Source: an uncultured Clostridia bacterium
GTDB taxonomy: Bacteria; Bacillota; Clostridia; TANB77; CAG-508
Direction of reading: 5' to 3'
Length of the DNA stretch: 64,000 bases
NCBI GenBank assembly: GCA_934167495.1
Contig: CAKPKP010000001.1
Coordinates: 133,407-197,406, forward strand
Part shown: in pieces, positions 48,891-60,942 of the stretch
How positions within the stretch are numbered: position 1 is the first letter of the stretch
Layout of the letters: each line of letters starts with the position of its first letter
Position numbers and translations under genes: made by a program
Notes under the pieces: model-generated
The model's input: only the letters and a program-made list of their open reading frames with translations
Told to the model about the DNA's origin: nothing
Database searches by the model: none

Positions 48891-49030
48891 TAATAGGAAA
48901 TTTCTTTGAAATTCCTATTAAATAAATACTTTGTACAGAAATTTGATATATGCAAATTTCACACACAAACAATTAAACGTGGGTTGAACTCTATAATTTA
49001 AAATAATGTTATAAATGGTTTGTTTTTTGC
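48891..49030 (+). repeat. dispersed structured intergenic repeat, copy 6
   Basis: aataggaaatttctttgaaattcctatt + aaatactttgtacagaaatttgatatatgcaaatttcacacacaaacaattaaacgtgggttgaa. Confidence 0.6.
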
Positions 49031-49126
49031 ATATGAAGAAGTTCGCAAAAATAATTAAAATTAACTTGTCTAATAGAATAAATCGTTATATAATAACTAT
49101 ATTAAAATGAAATAGAGGTTAAACTA

Positions 49127-50146
49127 ATGAATTATGAAATGCTTGAAAAAAATATAAACAATGGAAAAATAGCAAGTATATATTTATTGTTTGGAAAAGA
49201 AAAATATTTATTAGAAAATAACGTAAGGAAAATAAAAAAACAATTTCCAGAATTAATATTAGGGATAAATTATGTAGTACTAGATGAAACAGGTGTAGAA
49301 GAAATAATTCCTAATATTCAAACTCCAGCTTTTGGATATGAAAAAAAATTAATAATTGTAAAAAATTCTGGATTATTTAAAAAAGAAGGAAAACGTAAAA
49401 GCACATCAAATTCTACAATTCAAGATAAAATTGCAAATTATATATCAGAGAATATTGATATGATAAACGAATCTGTAATAATTATATTTATAGAAGATGA
49501 AACTGAAAAAAATACTTTATATGATGTTATAGATAAATTAGGTATAGTTTGTAATTTTGAATATTTAAAACCAGTACAGTTAGAAGAAAATTTAAAAAGA
49601 ATATGTAGTATGTATAAAGTAAAAATAGATAGTGATACATTAAGATATTTTGTTCAAAATTGTGGCAATAATATGCAAGATTTAATAAATGAAATAAGAA
49701 AGCTTATAGAATATGCTGGAGAAGGTGGAACAATAGATAAGCAAATAATAGATAAACTATCTATTAAACAAATGGAAAGTATTATATTTGAGTTAACAGA
49801 TAAATTAGGAAATAAAAAGGTTTCAGATGCATTAGTCATATTAGATAACTTAATTTATTCAAGAGAGCCAATTCAAAAAATATTGGTAACTTTATATGGA
49901 CATTTTAAAAAATTATATTTATGCAAATTAGCAATAAATTTAAATAAAGATATAACATATTCATTAAATTTAAAACCAAATCAAACATTTTTAGTATCAA
50001 AATATAGAAATCAATCAAATTACTTTAAACTTTCAGAATTAAGAAAAATTTTACAAGAATTAATAGATTTAGACTATAATTATAAATCTGGAAAAATTGA
50101 TATAGATATAGGAATAAGGTCAATATTATGCAACTATTGTAGTTAA
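49127..50146 (+). CDS. holA: DNA polymerase III delta subunit
   Basis: IYLLFGKEKYLLENNVRKIKK N-terminus, ~340 aa. Confidence 0.7.
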   Translation: MNYEMLEKNINNGKIASIYLLFGKEKYLLENNVRKIKKQFPELILGINYVVLDETGVEEIIPNIQTPAFGYEKKLIIVKNSGLFKKEGKRKSTSNSTIQDKIANYISENIDMINESVIIIFIEDETEKNTLYDVIDKLGIVCNFEYLKPVQLEENLKRICSMYKVKIDSDTLRYFVQNCGNNMQDLINEIRKLIEYAGEGGTIDKQIIDKLSIKQMESIIFELTDKLGNKKVSDALVILDNLIYSREPIQKILVTLYGHFKKLYLCKLAINLNKDITYSLNLKPNQTFLVSKYRNQSNYFKLSELRKILQELIDLDYNYKSGKIDIDIGIRSILCNYCS

Positions 50147-50170
50147 AATTTAAGGAGGAATAAATACATT

Positions 50171-52342
50171 ATGAATATTACCAAAGACAATATAAAAGAC
50201 AAATTAAATTATTTAGGAATAAATCTAGAAGAAAACGAAGTTCCAGAGTTTTTAAAGAAATATGAACCTGTAAATTTCAATACTTCAAGATTAAATAATG
50301 ATAAAGAGCATAGAATTTTTAAATATGTTCCAATAAATAATATAGAAATATTACTTACTCCAAATCATAGAGGTGATGATATAAGAAAAAAATATTCTGA
50401 AGCATTACCTTTATCAGAATACCTAATACCAAAAGATGATGAAGAAAATGTAGAACTTTTTGGAACATTTATGAACATGATAAATACTGTAAAAATAGAA
50501 GAAATAGAGAATGTAGCTAAAGTTCAAAAAGAATTAGAAAAACAAATTCCATTTAAAGTAAGTTATGATAAATGTCATTTATGGCAGATATATTATTCTC
50601 AAAGCACGGATAAATATTTTATGCTTGTATCTACCAAGGAAAATACATTTGCAGAGTTTTTTTATTTGTTAAAAAAACAAATTGAATATTACAAAATTAA
50701 ACCTGCAAAAGTTCCAGAAATATATGTTCCAATAAATTATATTCATTATACAGAAGAATATTTAACAAGATCCGAAATTGCGGATATTGAAAATTATATG
50801 TGGCTTTTTACTAAGAACTGGTCACTTGTATATGAAGTATTTGATAAGAATGGAAAAATGTCTTCACAAATAGTTGGAGATACATATGTTTATGAAAAAG
50901 CAAAAAGTACTTTTAAAATAAAAATTGAAAACAAAGAAGAAGCAATTAAATTTTATAAACTATTAAAAGCTTTATTTATAATGCAAACAGAGATAATGGG
51001 AAAATATAGTTTTGAAACTAAGATAGATAATCAAAACAATTTAGAATTTTGGTTTCAAGATCAAAGAATAACATTTGATAATTTATCTGATTTTATAAGA
51101 GAGCAATACATAAAAACAGAAAAAGAAATAAAAAATCAAAATATAACGGTAGAAACATTATCAAATAAATTAAAATCTTTAAAAGAAGTATCAACTCAAA
51201 AAGAAAAAGAATATTTAGAAAAGCAAAAAGAAATATCAACATATTTGGAATACAGAAAAACTTTTTTAGGAAAGTTTAAATATTTCTTTAAGGCTGGAAA
51301 AGTAAAAAAAATAAAGTCAAAACAAGTAGAAGAACAGGAAGATATAGAGCAAGATAATAAAAAGATAGATGCTAAACCAATGCAAGTATATATGGATGAT
51401 AAAAAATTTCATACAATTGAAGATTTAATAACTATTCATTCTTTATTAGAAAAATCCATAAAATATTCAAAAAATTTGAATCAAGATATACATGCATTAG
51501 AACAAAAAAATGAAAATTTGAATAGAAAAATAGAAAACGCTACTTTATATATAACAGAAATAGATAAACATAAAAAAAGCATATTTGATTTTTGGAAGTT
51601 TGCAAACAAAGACGAACTAAAAGCACTAGAGATGGGAAATAAAGAAGAAAATTCTTCGAATACAAGTCGAAATATTAAGAAAATATTTGATATAGAAACA
51701 GATTTAGAAGAATTAGGTATAAATGTAGATAATCTTCAAAGAAAAAAATTATCTAAAGAAGAAGAAGACAGCATATTTGTTGCTAAAACTAATATGTTGT
51801 ATATTATAAATATGATAAGAAATGGAAATTTTGATAAAGATGCTTTAAGAGTAGCACTGGATACTTTAAAAGAAGAATTTGAAAGCCAAAAGATATTAAT
51901 TTCTTCAGAAGCTTTTGATATATTCGGAAACATTAATGAAGATAATACAAAAATAAAATATATAGGTAGCAAGAGTCATAGAGAAAATGAAAAAAATAAA
52001 TTTAAGATTTTAAATATAAACAAAAAAATTGATGTAATTGATTTTACAGAAAAAATTCAAGAAATAGTAAATTATCTAAATGAGTCATTACTTAAAATTA
52101 ATGCATTATATGATATGTCTATATATAAAATGTTGCCAATAAATGAACATTTAAGAGATAAGTCATTTGACGTTTATAATCTTAGCATAGAAAATGAATT
52201 AGAAGATGCAATGGCTCAAGAAGAAGGCGCGTATAATCTTATAAAAATTAATTTAAAAGAAGGAATGCCACTTGTATATTTTTCAAATATAATTTTATAC
52301 GATAATTACAACAAAACACTTCCTGTTCGGAATGGACATTAG
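50171..52342 (+). CDS. large (723 aa) hypothetical protein with central and C-terminal coiled-coil segments
   Basis: AAGGAGG RBS; 24 nt after holA; no recognisable catalytic motif. Confidence 0.45.
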   Translation: MNITKDNIKDKLNYLGINLEENEVPEFLKKYEPVNFNTSRLNNDKEHRIFKYVPINNIEILLTPNHRGDDIRKKYSEALPLSEYLIPKDDEENVELFGTFMNMINTVKIEEIENVAKVQKELEKQIPFKVSYDKCHLWQIYYSQSTDKYFMLVSTKENTFAEFFYLLKKQIEYYKIKPAKVPEIYVPINYIHYTEEYLTRSEIADIENYMWLFTKNWSLVYEVFDKNGKMSSQIVGDTYVYEKAKSTFKIKIENKEEAIKFYKLLKALFIMQTEIMGKYSFETKIDNQNNLEFWFQDQRITFDNLSDFIREQYIKTEKEIKNQNITVETLSNKLKSLKEVSTQKEKEYLEKQKEISTYLEYRKTFLGKFKYFFKAGKVKKIKSKQVEEQEDIEQDNKKIDAKPMQVYMDDKKFHTIEDLITIHSLLEKSIKYSKNLNQDIHALEQKNENLNRKIENATLYITEIDKHKKSIFDFWKFANKDELKALEMGNKEENSSNTSRNIKKIFDIETDLEELGINVDNLQRKKLSKEEEDSIFVAKTNMLYIINMIRNGNFDKDALRVALDTLKEEFESQKILISSEAFDIFGNINEDNTKIKYIGSKSHRENEKNKFKILNINKKIDVIDFTEKIQEIVNYLNESLLKINALYDMSIYKMLPINEHLRDKSFDVYNLSIENELEDAMAQEEGAYNLIKINLKEGMPLVYFSNIILYDNYNKTLPVRNGH

Positions 52343-52512
52343 TACAAATGTATTAATAGATTGTAATAAGTTTGACTATGAATTAATAAAAAAGACTAGG
52401 TTTAAAACTAACCAATATTATAAAGGAAAAACAATGATACCAAAAACAAAAGATATATTTGTTTATGAATATAATGTAAAATATAAAGAACAAAAAAATG
52501 AAGGAGAAAATA

Positions 52513-53583
52513 ATGATAAAAAGGAATGAAACTAGAAAAATTTTAGTGGGTAATGTACAAATAGGTGGAAAAGATGATGTTATTATACAATCAATGTGTA
52601 ATACTAAAACAAAGGATGTAGAATCAACAGTTAAACAAATATTGAACTTAGAAAGTGCTGGTTGTCAAATTGTTAGAGTTGCATGTTTAGATTTAGAAGA
52701 TGCAAAAGCAATTAAATTAATTAAAGAAAGAATAAATATTCCAATAGTTGCAGATATACATTTCGATTATAAAATAGCATTAGAAGCTATAAATAGCGGA
52801 GCCAATAAAATAAGAATAAACCCAGGAAATATAGGAAGTAAAGAAAAGGTTGAGGCTGTAGTTAAAGCTTGCAAAGAAAAAAATATTCCTATAAGAATAG
52901 GAGTAAATGCAGGTTCTTTAGAAAAAGATTTACTTGAAAAATATGGAGGAAGACCTACAGCAGAAGCAATGGTTGAAAGTGCTAAAAGACATATACAAAT
53001 ATTAGAAGATTTAGAGTTTTTTGATATTTGTTTGTCACTTAAAGCATCTAACTTAGATATGTGTATAAAAGCATATGAACAAGCTTCAAATGAATTTAAA
53101 TATCCGTTACATTTAGGTATAACTGAATCTGGAACAGCCTTTAGTGGAACAATAAAATCTAGCATAGGACTAAGTGCTTTATTAAGACAAGGAATTGGAG
53201 ATACAATGAGAGTTTCTTTGTCTGATGACCCAGTAGAAGAAATAAAGGTAGCAAAAGAGATTTTAAAAGATTGTAATTTATATAAAAATCTTCCTAAATT
53301 AGTTTCATGTCCTACTTGTGGAAGAACACAAATAGATTTGATTCCAATAGCAAAAGAAGTAGAAGAATTTCTTCAAACAATAAAAACTGATATTACAGTT
53401 GCTGTTATGGGATGTGCAGTAAATGGACCAGGAGAAGCCAGAGAAGCAGATATTGGAATTGCAGGAGGCATAAAAGAAGGTTTATTATTCAAAAAAGGTG
53501 AGATTATTAAAAAAGTGCCACAAGATGAAATAATAAGTGTGTTAAAAGAAGAGATAATAAAAATGACATCAGAAGATAAATAA
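52513..53583 (+). CDS. ispG: 4-hydroxy-3-methylbut-2-enyl diphosphate synthase IspG (GcpE)
   Basis: [12 protein letters not shown]-barrel and C-terminal CxxC..C cluster domain; AAGGAG RBS favours ATG 52513. Confidence 0.9.
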   Translation: MIKRNETRKILVGNVQIGGKDDVIIQSMCNTKTKDVESTVKQILNLESAGCQIVRVACLDLEDAKAIKLIKERINIPIVADIHFDYKIALEAINSGANKIRINPGNIGSKEKVEAVVKACKEKNIPIRIGVNAGSLEKDLLEKYGGRPTAEAMVESAKRHIQILEDLEFFDICLSLKASNLDMCIKAYEQASNEFKYPLHLGITESGTAFSGTIKSSIGLSALLRQGIGDTMRVSLSDDPVEEIKVAKEILKDCNLYKNLPKLVSCPTCGRTQIDLIPIAKEVEEFLQTIKTDITVAVMGCAVNGPGEAREADIGIAGGIKEGLLFKKGEIIKKVPQDEIISVLKEEIIKMTSEDK

Positions 53584-53617
53584 TAACTAAAATTTTGCTA
53601 AAATAATATTAAAATAC

Positions 53618-53646
53618 TTGACAGTTTACAATAATAAATATACAAT
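53618..53646 (+). promoter_or_regulatory. promoter candidate TTGACA-17-TACAAT
   Basis: upstream of rny. Confidence 0.4.
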
Positions 53647-53820
53647 ATAAACGTAAGATTAAATATTATTATAGAGTTAATATACAATAACATTTTATAG
53701 AAAAAAATAAAAATTTTTTCATGAACCTAAAACTAATGGCATTTTTGTCAAAAGTTTAAGTTTATTCTATATATGTATTTATTTGAACATTGAAAATTAA
53801 ATAGAAAGAGGTAAATAATT

Positions 53821-55371
53821 ATGGAAATGCAAAATTTAGTAATAATTATCGTAACTCTTTTAATCTCAGCAGCAATTTTTATACCAGTAGGTGTATTTAT
53901 AAGAAAAAAAATTGCTGAATCTAAAATTCAAAGCGCAGAAGCTGAAGCCAAAAGGCTTTTAGAAAATGTAAAAATAGAAGCAGAAAATGCTAGAAAAGAA
54001 GAAATTTTTAAGGCAAAAGAAGAAATGCTAAAAATTAGAAATGAGTTAGATCAAGAGATTAAAGAAAGAAGAGGCGAAGTACAAACACAAGAAAAGAGAA
54101 TTATACAAAAAGAAGAAAATCTAGAAAAAAGAGAAGAAAACTTTGAAAAGAAAGAAAGAGAACTAGAAAGAAAATTTGCAGATGTAGAAACAAAAAATAA
54201 ACAAATTGAAGAACTTTACCAAAAAGAGATAGAAGAGTTACAAAGAATATCTAATTTAACAGTAGATGAGGCAAAAGAAAAATTATTATCAGACTTAGAA
54301 AAAGATATTGTTAATGAAAAGGCAGTAATTATTAGAGATTTAGAAGCAAAGGCAAAAGAAGAAGCAGACAAAAATGCAAGAGAAATTATAGGATTTGCAA
54401 TTCAAAAATGTGCAGCAGATCATACATCTGAAACAACAATGTCTGTAGTAGAACTTCCAAACGATGATATGAAAGGTAGAATAATAGGTAGAGAAGGAAG
54501 AAACATAAAAACACTAGAAACTTTAACAGGAATCGATTTAATCATAGACGATACACCAGAAGCCGTTATTATATCAGGATTTGACCCATTAAGAAGAGAA
54601 GTCGCAAAAATTGCATTAGAGAAATTAATAAATGATGGAAGAATACATCCAGCCAAAATAGAAGAAATGGTTGAAAAAGCTAAAGAAGAAGTTGAAGCAT
54701 CTATAAAAGCAGAAGGAGAAAGAGCTGTATTAGAAACAGGTGTTAACAACTTACATCCAGATTTAATTAAATTGATAGGTAAATTGAAATACAGAACAAG
54801 TTATGGTCAAAATGTATTAAATCATTCTATTGAAGTTTCAAATCTAGCAAGAATAATGGCTGATGAATTAGGATTAAATTCTAAACTTGCAAGAAGAGCT
54901 GGATTATTACATGATATAGGAAAAGCACTAGACCACGATATGGAAGGTACACATGTTGAAATAGGTGTAGAAATATTAAAGAAATACAAAGAAAACAATT
55001 TAGTAATAAATGCAGTTGAAGCACATCATGGTGATGTAGAACACATGAGCATAGAATCTGTTTTAGTACAAGCAGCAGATGCAATATCAGCATCAAGACC
55101 AGGTGCCAGAAGAGAAACATTAGAAACATATATCAAGAGACTTGAAAAACTAGAAGAAATAGCAGATTCATTTGAAGGCGTAGAAAAATCTTTTGCTATA
55201 CAAGCTGGTAGAGAAGTAAGATTAATAGTAAAACCAGAAAAAGTTTCAGATAGTGAAATGGTAATAATGGCAAGAGATGTAGCTAAAAGAGTTGAAAGCG
55301 AAATGGAATATCCAGGTCAAATAAAAGTTAATGTTATAAGAGAAACAAGAGCAATAGAATATGCAAAATAA
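53821..55371 (+). CDS. rny: ribonuclease Y
   Basis: N-terminal TM, coiled coil, KH domain, HD domain (HDIGK). Confidence 0.92.
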   Translation: MEMQNLVIIIVTLLISAAIFIPVGVFIRKKIAESKIQSAEAEAKRLLENVKIEAENARKEEIFKAKEEMLKIRNELDQEIKERRGEVQTQEKRIIQKEENLEKREENFEKKERELERKFADVETKNKQIEELYQKEIEELQRISNLTVDEAKEKLLSDLEKDIVNEKAVIIRDLEAKAKEEADKNAREIIGFAIQKCAADHTSETTMSVVELPNDDMKGRIIGREGRNIKTLETLTGIDLIIDDTPEAVIISGFDPLRREVAKIALEKLINDGRIHPAKIEEMVEKAKEEVEASIKAEGERAVLETGVNNLHPDLIKLIGKLKYRTSYGQNVLNHSIEVSNLARIMADELGLNSKLARRAGLLHDIGKALDHDMEGTHVEIGVEILKKYKENNLVINAVEAHHGDVEHMSIESVLVQAADAISASRPGARRETLETYIKRLEKLEEIADSFEGVEKSFAIQAGREVRLIVKPEKVSDSEMVIMARDVAKRVESEMEYPGQIKVNVIRETRAIEYAK

Positions 55372-55469
55372 TATTTTAGAAGATATATTAATTTAATATA
55401 TCTTCTTTTTTTGTATTGAAATAAAAATATTTATATAATATAATAGCCAAAAAAGGAGGAAATTAAAAT

Positions 55470-56777
55470 ATGTCAGATGTTAAATTAAATTTTGAAAATT
55501 CTACTATTACAGAGAAAATGATAATGGAGTATAAATCAGAAGTAGCAAAAATTCATAAGCAAATGGATAAATTAGCTAATAACGAAAAGGAATTCTTAGG
55601 ATGGCTTGAATTACCCACTAACTATGATAAAAAAGAATTTGCAAGAATAAAAAAAGCAGCTAAAAAAATTAAAAATGATACAGATGTATTAATTGTAATT
55701 GGAATAGGTGGTTCTTATTTAGGTGCAAGAGCAGTAATAGAAAGTTTAACAAATACATTTTATAATATGATGTCAGATGAAAAAAGAAAAACTCCTAGAA
55801 TAATGTACGCTGGAAATAATTTAAGTCCAAATTATTTAAATGATTTGCTTGAATTTATAGAGGATAAAGATATATCAATAAATGTAATATCAAAATCTGG
55901 AACAACAACAGAACCTGCAATTGCTTTTAGAATATTTAGAGAAGTATTAGAAACAAAATATGGAGTAGAAGAAGCAAGAAAGAGAATATATGTTACAACA
56001 GATAAGAAAAAAGGAGCTTTAAAAGGTCTTGCAGATGAAGAAGAATATGAAACATTTGTAATACCAGACAATGTAGGAGGAAGATTTTCTGTACTTACAG
56101 CAGTTGGATTATTACCAATAGCAGCTGCAGGAATAAATATAGATAAATTAATGCAAGGTGCAAAAGAAGCTCAAGATAAATATTCAGATGGAAATTTAAA
56201 ATATAACAGTTGCTATAAATATGCAGTAATTAGAAATATTTTATATAATTCAAAGAAAACTACAGAAATTTTAGTAAATTATGAACCAAAATTACAATAT
56301 TTCACAGAATGGTGGAAACAACTATATGGCGAGAGTGAAGGAAAAGATGGCAAAGGTATATTCCCAGCAGGAGTTAACTTTACTACTGATTTACATTCAA
56401 TGGGACAATATATTCAAGAAGGAAGAAGAAACTTGTTTGAAACAGTAATAAATATTGAAAAACCAGCATCAAATATAAAGATTAACATGGATAACGACAA
56501 TGTAGATGGTTTAAACTATTTAGCAGGAAAAACATTAGACTATGTAAATAAAAAAGCAATGGAAGGAACTGTATTAGCACATGTAACAGGTAATGTGCCA
56601 AATATAATGCTTAGTATGGAAAAATTATCTCCAGAAAATATAGGACATTTAATATATTTCTTTGAGAAAGCATGTGCGATGTCTGGATATATTTTAGGAG
56701 TAAATCCATTTAACCAACCCGGTGTAGAAGAATATAAGAAAAATATGTTTAGATTATTGGAGAAACCAGGATATTAA
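55470..56777 (+). CDS. pgi: glucose-6-phosphate isomerase
   Basis: Firmicutes ~435 aa type; [12 protein letters not shown] motif. Confidence 0.9.
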   Translation: MSDVKLNFENSTITEKMIMEYKSEVAKIHKQMDKLANNEKEFLGWLELPTNYDKKEFARIKKAAKKIKNDTDVLIVIGIGGSYLGARAVIESLTNTFYNMMSDEKRKTPRIMYAGNNLSPNYLNDLLEFIEDKDISINVISKSGTTTEPAIAFRIFREVLETKYGVEEARKRIYVTTDKKKGALKGLADEEEYETFVIPDNVGGRFSVLTAVGLLPIAAAGINIDKLMQGAKEAQDKYSDGNLKYNSCYKYAVIRNILYNSKKTTEILVNYEPKLQYFTEWWKQLYGESEGKDGKGIFPAGVNFTTDLHSMGQYIQEGRRNLFETVINIEKPASNIKINMDNDNVDGLNYLAGKTLDYVNKKAMEGTVLAHVTGNVPNIMLSMEKLSPENIGHLIYFFEKACAMSGYILGVNPFNQPGVEEYKKNMFRLLEKPGY

Positions 56778-56778
56778 T

Positions 56779-58317
56779 ATGAATAAAGTAAAAAAATTTA
56801 TAATAAATAATAAAGCAAAGCTAATATTTTGTATAATATTAGCTATTGCTATATTTACACGATTATATAAAATAGATACTATTCCTCACGGAATAAATGT
56901 AGATGAAGCTGGAATGGCATATGATGCATATTGTTTAGCTAATTATGGTACAGATAGATATTTAAACCATAATCCTGTGTATTTAATAAATTTTGGTGGT
57001 GGGCAAAGTGCTATGTATGCGTATATAGCAAGTTCTTTTATAAAAATATTTGGATTTAGTATAATTACTATACGTTTTCCAGCGTTCTTTTTAGGAATCA
57101 TAGCAATTGTACTAAGTTATTTTATGGTAAAAGATAAATTAGGAGAGAAGTTTGCACTAGGATTTATGCTATTAATTACAATATGTCCATGGCATATAAT
57201 GTCATCAAGATGGGGACTAGACTGCAATCTTTTGGCTCCAATGAGCATAATTTCAATGTTTTTCTTATTAAAAGCAAAAAATACCAAAGGTTATATTATT
57301 GCAGGTATATTTATAGGATTAACTTTATACACATATGCTTTATCATATATAATAATACCTATATTTTTGTTCTTAACATTAATATACATGTTATATACAA
57401 GAGAAATTACATTAAAAAATGTAATAATAATGGGAATACCAATCTTTATATTAGCAATTCCACTAATGTTAATGCTATTAGTAAATAACGGGTATATAAA
57501 TGAAATTAAAGGAATAATCACAATACCCAAATTATGGATATATAGAGGAAATGAAATAAAACTTGAAACAATTTTAGAAAATTTAACTTTTTTTAAAACA
57601 ATGTTTACAAATGATGCTTTGGTTTATAATTCTTTACCTGAATTTGGAACATTATATATTTTTGCATCATTTTTATCTATATTTGGTTTTTTTGTAGAAA
57701 TGAATAATTTAATAAAAAATATAAAAGATAGAAAATTTGAAATAAATTCTATATTTGTGTTTTTATTTATAGCCGTAACAATATGTATGTTGATTATAGA
57801 AGGTCCAAATATTAATAAAGCTAATGCTTGTTTTATTCCTTTATTGTTTTTTGCATGTACAACTATAAAAAATATATATAAAAATTATAAATATGCATTT
57901 TATATAATAGTTATATTATATATTATTAATTTTGTTGCATTTGAAGATTTTTATTTTAATAAATACAGTATAAAATACGAATATCAACCATTTTTTGAAC
58001 AAGACTTAATAGAATCATTAAATTACATAGATAATGATTTGAATTTTAAGGATAAAGATGTGTATATTTATACTTTATCAGCACAGCCATACATATATAC
58101 ACTAATAAACAATAGAATTTCACCATATGAATTTAATCAGAAAATACATGAGAATTCAGGGTATGAATTTTCATATGGAAGATATTATTTTTATAATGAA
58201 AATATAGATGATAATTCTGTATATATAGTTAAAGATAATGATAGTTTAATAAGTAACTTAAAAATCAATGGATTTTATTTAGAAAAATTAAAAAGTTATA
58301 TAATAGCATATAAATAA
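56779..58317 (+). CDS. GT-C fold glycosyltransferase family 39/ArnT-PMT-like membrane protein
   Basis: ~12 TM; DEAGMAYDAY loop motif near N-terminus. Confidence 0.55.
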   Translation: MNKVKKFIINNKAKLIFCIILAIAIFTRLYKIDTIPHGINVDEAGMAYDAYCLANYGTDRYLNHNPVYLINFGGGQSAMYAYIASSFIKIFGFSIITIRFPAFFLGIIAIVLSYFMVKDKLGEKFALGFMLLITICPWHIMSSRWGLDCNLLAPMSIISMFFLLKAKNTKGYIIAGIFIGLTLYTYALSYIIIPIFLFLTLIYMLYTREITLKNVIIMGIPIFILAIPLMLMLLVNNGYINEIKGIITIPKLWIYRGNEIKLETILENLTFFKTMFTNDALVYNSLPEFGTLYIFASFLSIFGFFVEMNNLIKNIKDRKFEINSIFVFLFIAVTICMLIIEGPNINKANACFIPLLFFACTTIKNIYKNYKYAFYIIVILYIINFVAFEDFYFNKYSIKYEYQPFFEQDLIESLNYIDNDLNFKDKDVYIYTLSAQPYIYTLINNRISPYEFNQKIHENSGYEFSYGRYYFYNENIDDNSVYIVKDNDSLISNLKINGFYLEKLKSYIIAYK

Positions 58318-58366
58318 TATTGACATATAAAAACAAATGTTTTATAATAATACTGGTGAATATATA

Positions 58367-59586
58367 TATGGAAAGAACAATAATGCATATAGATGTAAAT
58401 AATGCATTTCTGTCTTGGACTGCAATAGAAATGCTGAAAAATGGAGAAAAGCTAGATATAAGAACTATTCCTGCAATAATAGGTGGAGATGAAGCTAAAA
58501 GATCAGGAATAGTTTTAGCAAAAAGTACAATAGCCAAACAGCTAGGAATAGTAACAGGAGAAACAATATATCAAGCTAAAAAGAAATGCAATAATTTAAA
58601 AATATACAAATCAGATTTTAAAACATATAGAAAATACTCAAATCAATTGTATAATATTCTATTAGAATATACAGAAATAATAGAAAGATATAGTATAGAT
58701 GAATGTTTTTTAGATATGACACATTACTTAAAAAACAGACCAATATTAGAAATTGCAACAGAAATTAGCAGAAGAATAAAAAAAGAATTAGGTTTTACTG
58801 TAAATATAGGCATATCAGAAAATAAGTTACTAGCAAAAATGGCGTCAGATTTTGAAAAACCAGATAAAATACATACTTTATATAAAAATGAAATCAAAAA
58901 TAAAATGTGGAATTTACCAGTAAAAGAATTATTTATGTTAGGCAGAAAAACAGTTCCAAAACTTTATACTTTAAATATAAAAACAATAGGAGAATTAGCA
59001 CAAAGTGATATAAATTTAATGATAAAAAAGTTTGGAAAACACGGAAAAATGATGTGGGAGTATGCAAATGGTATAGATAATTCAGAAGTTAATAATAAAA
59101 AAGAATTGCCAAAAGGAATTGGAAATTCTACTACATTGTCAGTAGATATATGCAAAATAGATGAAATAAAAAAAATATTACTTGCATTGGCAGAACAAGT
59201 AACATATAGGCTAAGAAAATATGATTTATTAGCCAATACTGTTAACATTCAATTAAGAACAAAAGATTTTGTAGATTATTCACATCAAGGAAAATTAAGT
59301 ATAGCAACATCAAATACTAAAGAAATATACAATAAATCTGTAGAATTATTAGAAGAAATGTATAAACGGAGAGTTTATAAGATTAGTTGGACTTAGAGTA
59401 GAAAATCTTGTAAATAAAGATGAAGTACAATTATCGTTTTTTAACAATGAAAAAAATGAGAAATTAAAGAAAGTAGATAAGACTTTAGATGATATAAAAA
59501 ATAAATATGGTTACAATTCAATAACTAGAGCAGGCAATCTAGATACGAATGGTAAACTTAAATATATTATTGGTAAGGAAGAATAA
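58367..59586 (+). pseudogene. dinB: Y-family DNA polymerase (DinB/Pol IV-like) with +1 frameshift near 59355-59370
   Basis: MHIDVNNAFLSWT start; frame ends ...EEMYKRRVYKISWT*; little-finger domain GEFIRLVGLRVENLVNKDEVQLSFF...[10 protein letters not shown] continues in the next frame. Confidence 0.6.
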
Positions 59587-59641
59587 AATAGTCACATCAA
59601 AGTTTTCTTTTTCATATTATTACTTAAGAAAGGAGTTTTAT

Positions 59642-60928
59642 ATGAAAAGGAAAATTTTTTTTTGCTATGTAAAAAAGAAAAACAATAAAACTTGTAGAGA
59701 AGTAAAAAAAGCAAATTTAAAAAAACATCAAATAACATTTTTATTATTTCTAAGTATATTGTTTATGACATCGACTTCGTTAGCTTTTGGACCATCTAGT
59801 ACTCCTCTTTATAATGGAATTGATGTAAGTCAGTGGCAAGGAAGTATTGATTATTCACAACTAAGTTCAGATGGAATACAAATTGTATACATAAGAGCAG
59901 GAGAAGGATTTGATTATGTTGATCCATATTATATGAGAAATTATAATGGAGCAAAACAAAATGGCATAAAAGTAGGTTTTTATCATTATGTTACTGCAAA
60001 AAACGAAGAAGAGGCAATAGAACAGGCTGATTTTTTTGCATCTTTAGTAGGGGGATTGGATGTAGATTGTAGATTAGCAATGGATTTTGAAAGCTTTGGT
60101 GGATTAGGCGTAGATGAAATAAACAATATATCAATAGCATATTTGCAAAGATTAGAAGAAAAGACAGGAAAAGAATTAGTTATATATAGTGATGCTTCAA
60201 ATGCAATAGATGTTTTTGGGGATTATTTAGCTCAAAATTATCCAATATGGGTTGCGGATTATTTTGTAACAGAACCTGAGAGCAATGGAAAATGGGACAC
60301 ATGGATAGGGTTTCAATATAGTGATTTAGGAGATGTTAGTGGTATAAATGCTAATGTGGATTTAGATTATTACACAAATCAAATACTTTTATCAGATTCT
60401 ACTACTATTCCAGCTCAAGATACGAAACCTAATAATCCAGATGATACAAAAACAATAATAGTACAAAGAGGAGACACATTAAGTTATCTTGCAATAGAAT
60501 ATGGAACAACTGTAGAAAGATTAGTAGAATTAAATGATATAAGTAATCCAAATTTAATCTATGTAGGTGAGACGTTAAATGTTCCAGTTAGTGGAGCACA
60601 ATCTACAACAACTACTATATATTATAGAGTAGAGAGAGGAGATACTTTGAGTCAGATTGCATTAGAGTATGGAACAACTGTAGATAGATTAGTAGAATTA
60701 AATAATATAAGTAATCCAAATCTGATTTATGTAAATGAAATAATAGAAATCCAGTCAAGAAGAACTGTATTAGGAGATACAAATCACTCATTATATACAG
60801 TAAGAAGCGGAGATACATTAAGCCAGATTGCATTAGAATATGGAACAACAGTAGAGCGATTAGCAGAGTTAAATGATATAAGTAATCCAAATCTAATATA
60901 TGTAGGCGAAGTTTTAAGAATAATATAA
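59642..60928 (+). CDS. secreted GH25 muramidase with three C-terminal LysM domains
   Basis: [11 protein letters not shown]25 signature; 3x [29 protein letters not shown]. Confidence 0.8.
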   Translation: MKRKIFFCYVKKKNNKTCREVKKANLKKHQITFLLFLSILFMTSTSLAFGPSSTPLYNGIDVSQWQGSIDYSQLSSDGIQIVYIRAGEGFDYVDPYYMRNYNGAKQNGIKVGFYHYVTAKNEEEAIEQADFFASLVGGLDVDCRLAMDFESFGGLGVDEINNISIAYLQRLEEKTGKELVIYSDASNAIDVFGDYLAQNYPIWVADYFVTEPESNGKWDTWIGFQYSDLGDVSGINANVDLDYYTNQILLSDSTTIPAQDTKPNNPDDTKTIIVQRGDTLSYLAIEYGTTVERLVELNDISNPNLIYVGETLNVPVSGAQSTTTTIYYRVERGDTLSQIALEYGTTVDRLVELNNISNPNLIYVNEIIEIQSRRTVLGDTNHSLYTVRSGDTLSQIALEYGTTVERLAELNDISNPNLIYVGEVLRII

Positions 60929-60942
60929 AAAGGAGATGATTT

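Noticed and set aside
52332-52529. 65-aa ORF between the 723-aa gene and ispG
   Set aside because: No RBS; overlaps the ispG start region; AAGGAG-ATG for ispG at 52513 is the better model.
57183-57530. Two ORFs (101 aa +, 79 aa -) inside the GT-C gene
   Set aside because: Alternative-frame artefacts within a multi-TM CDS.
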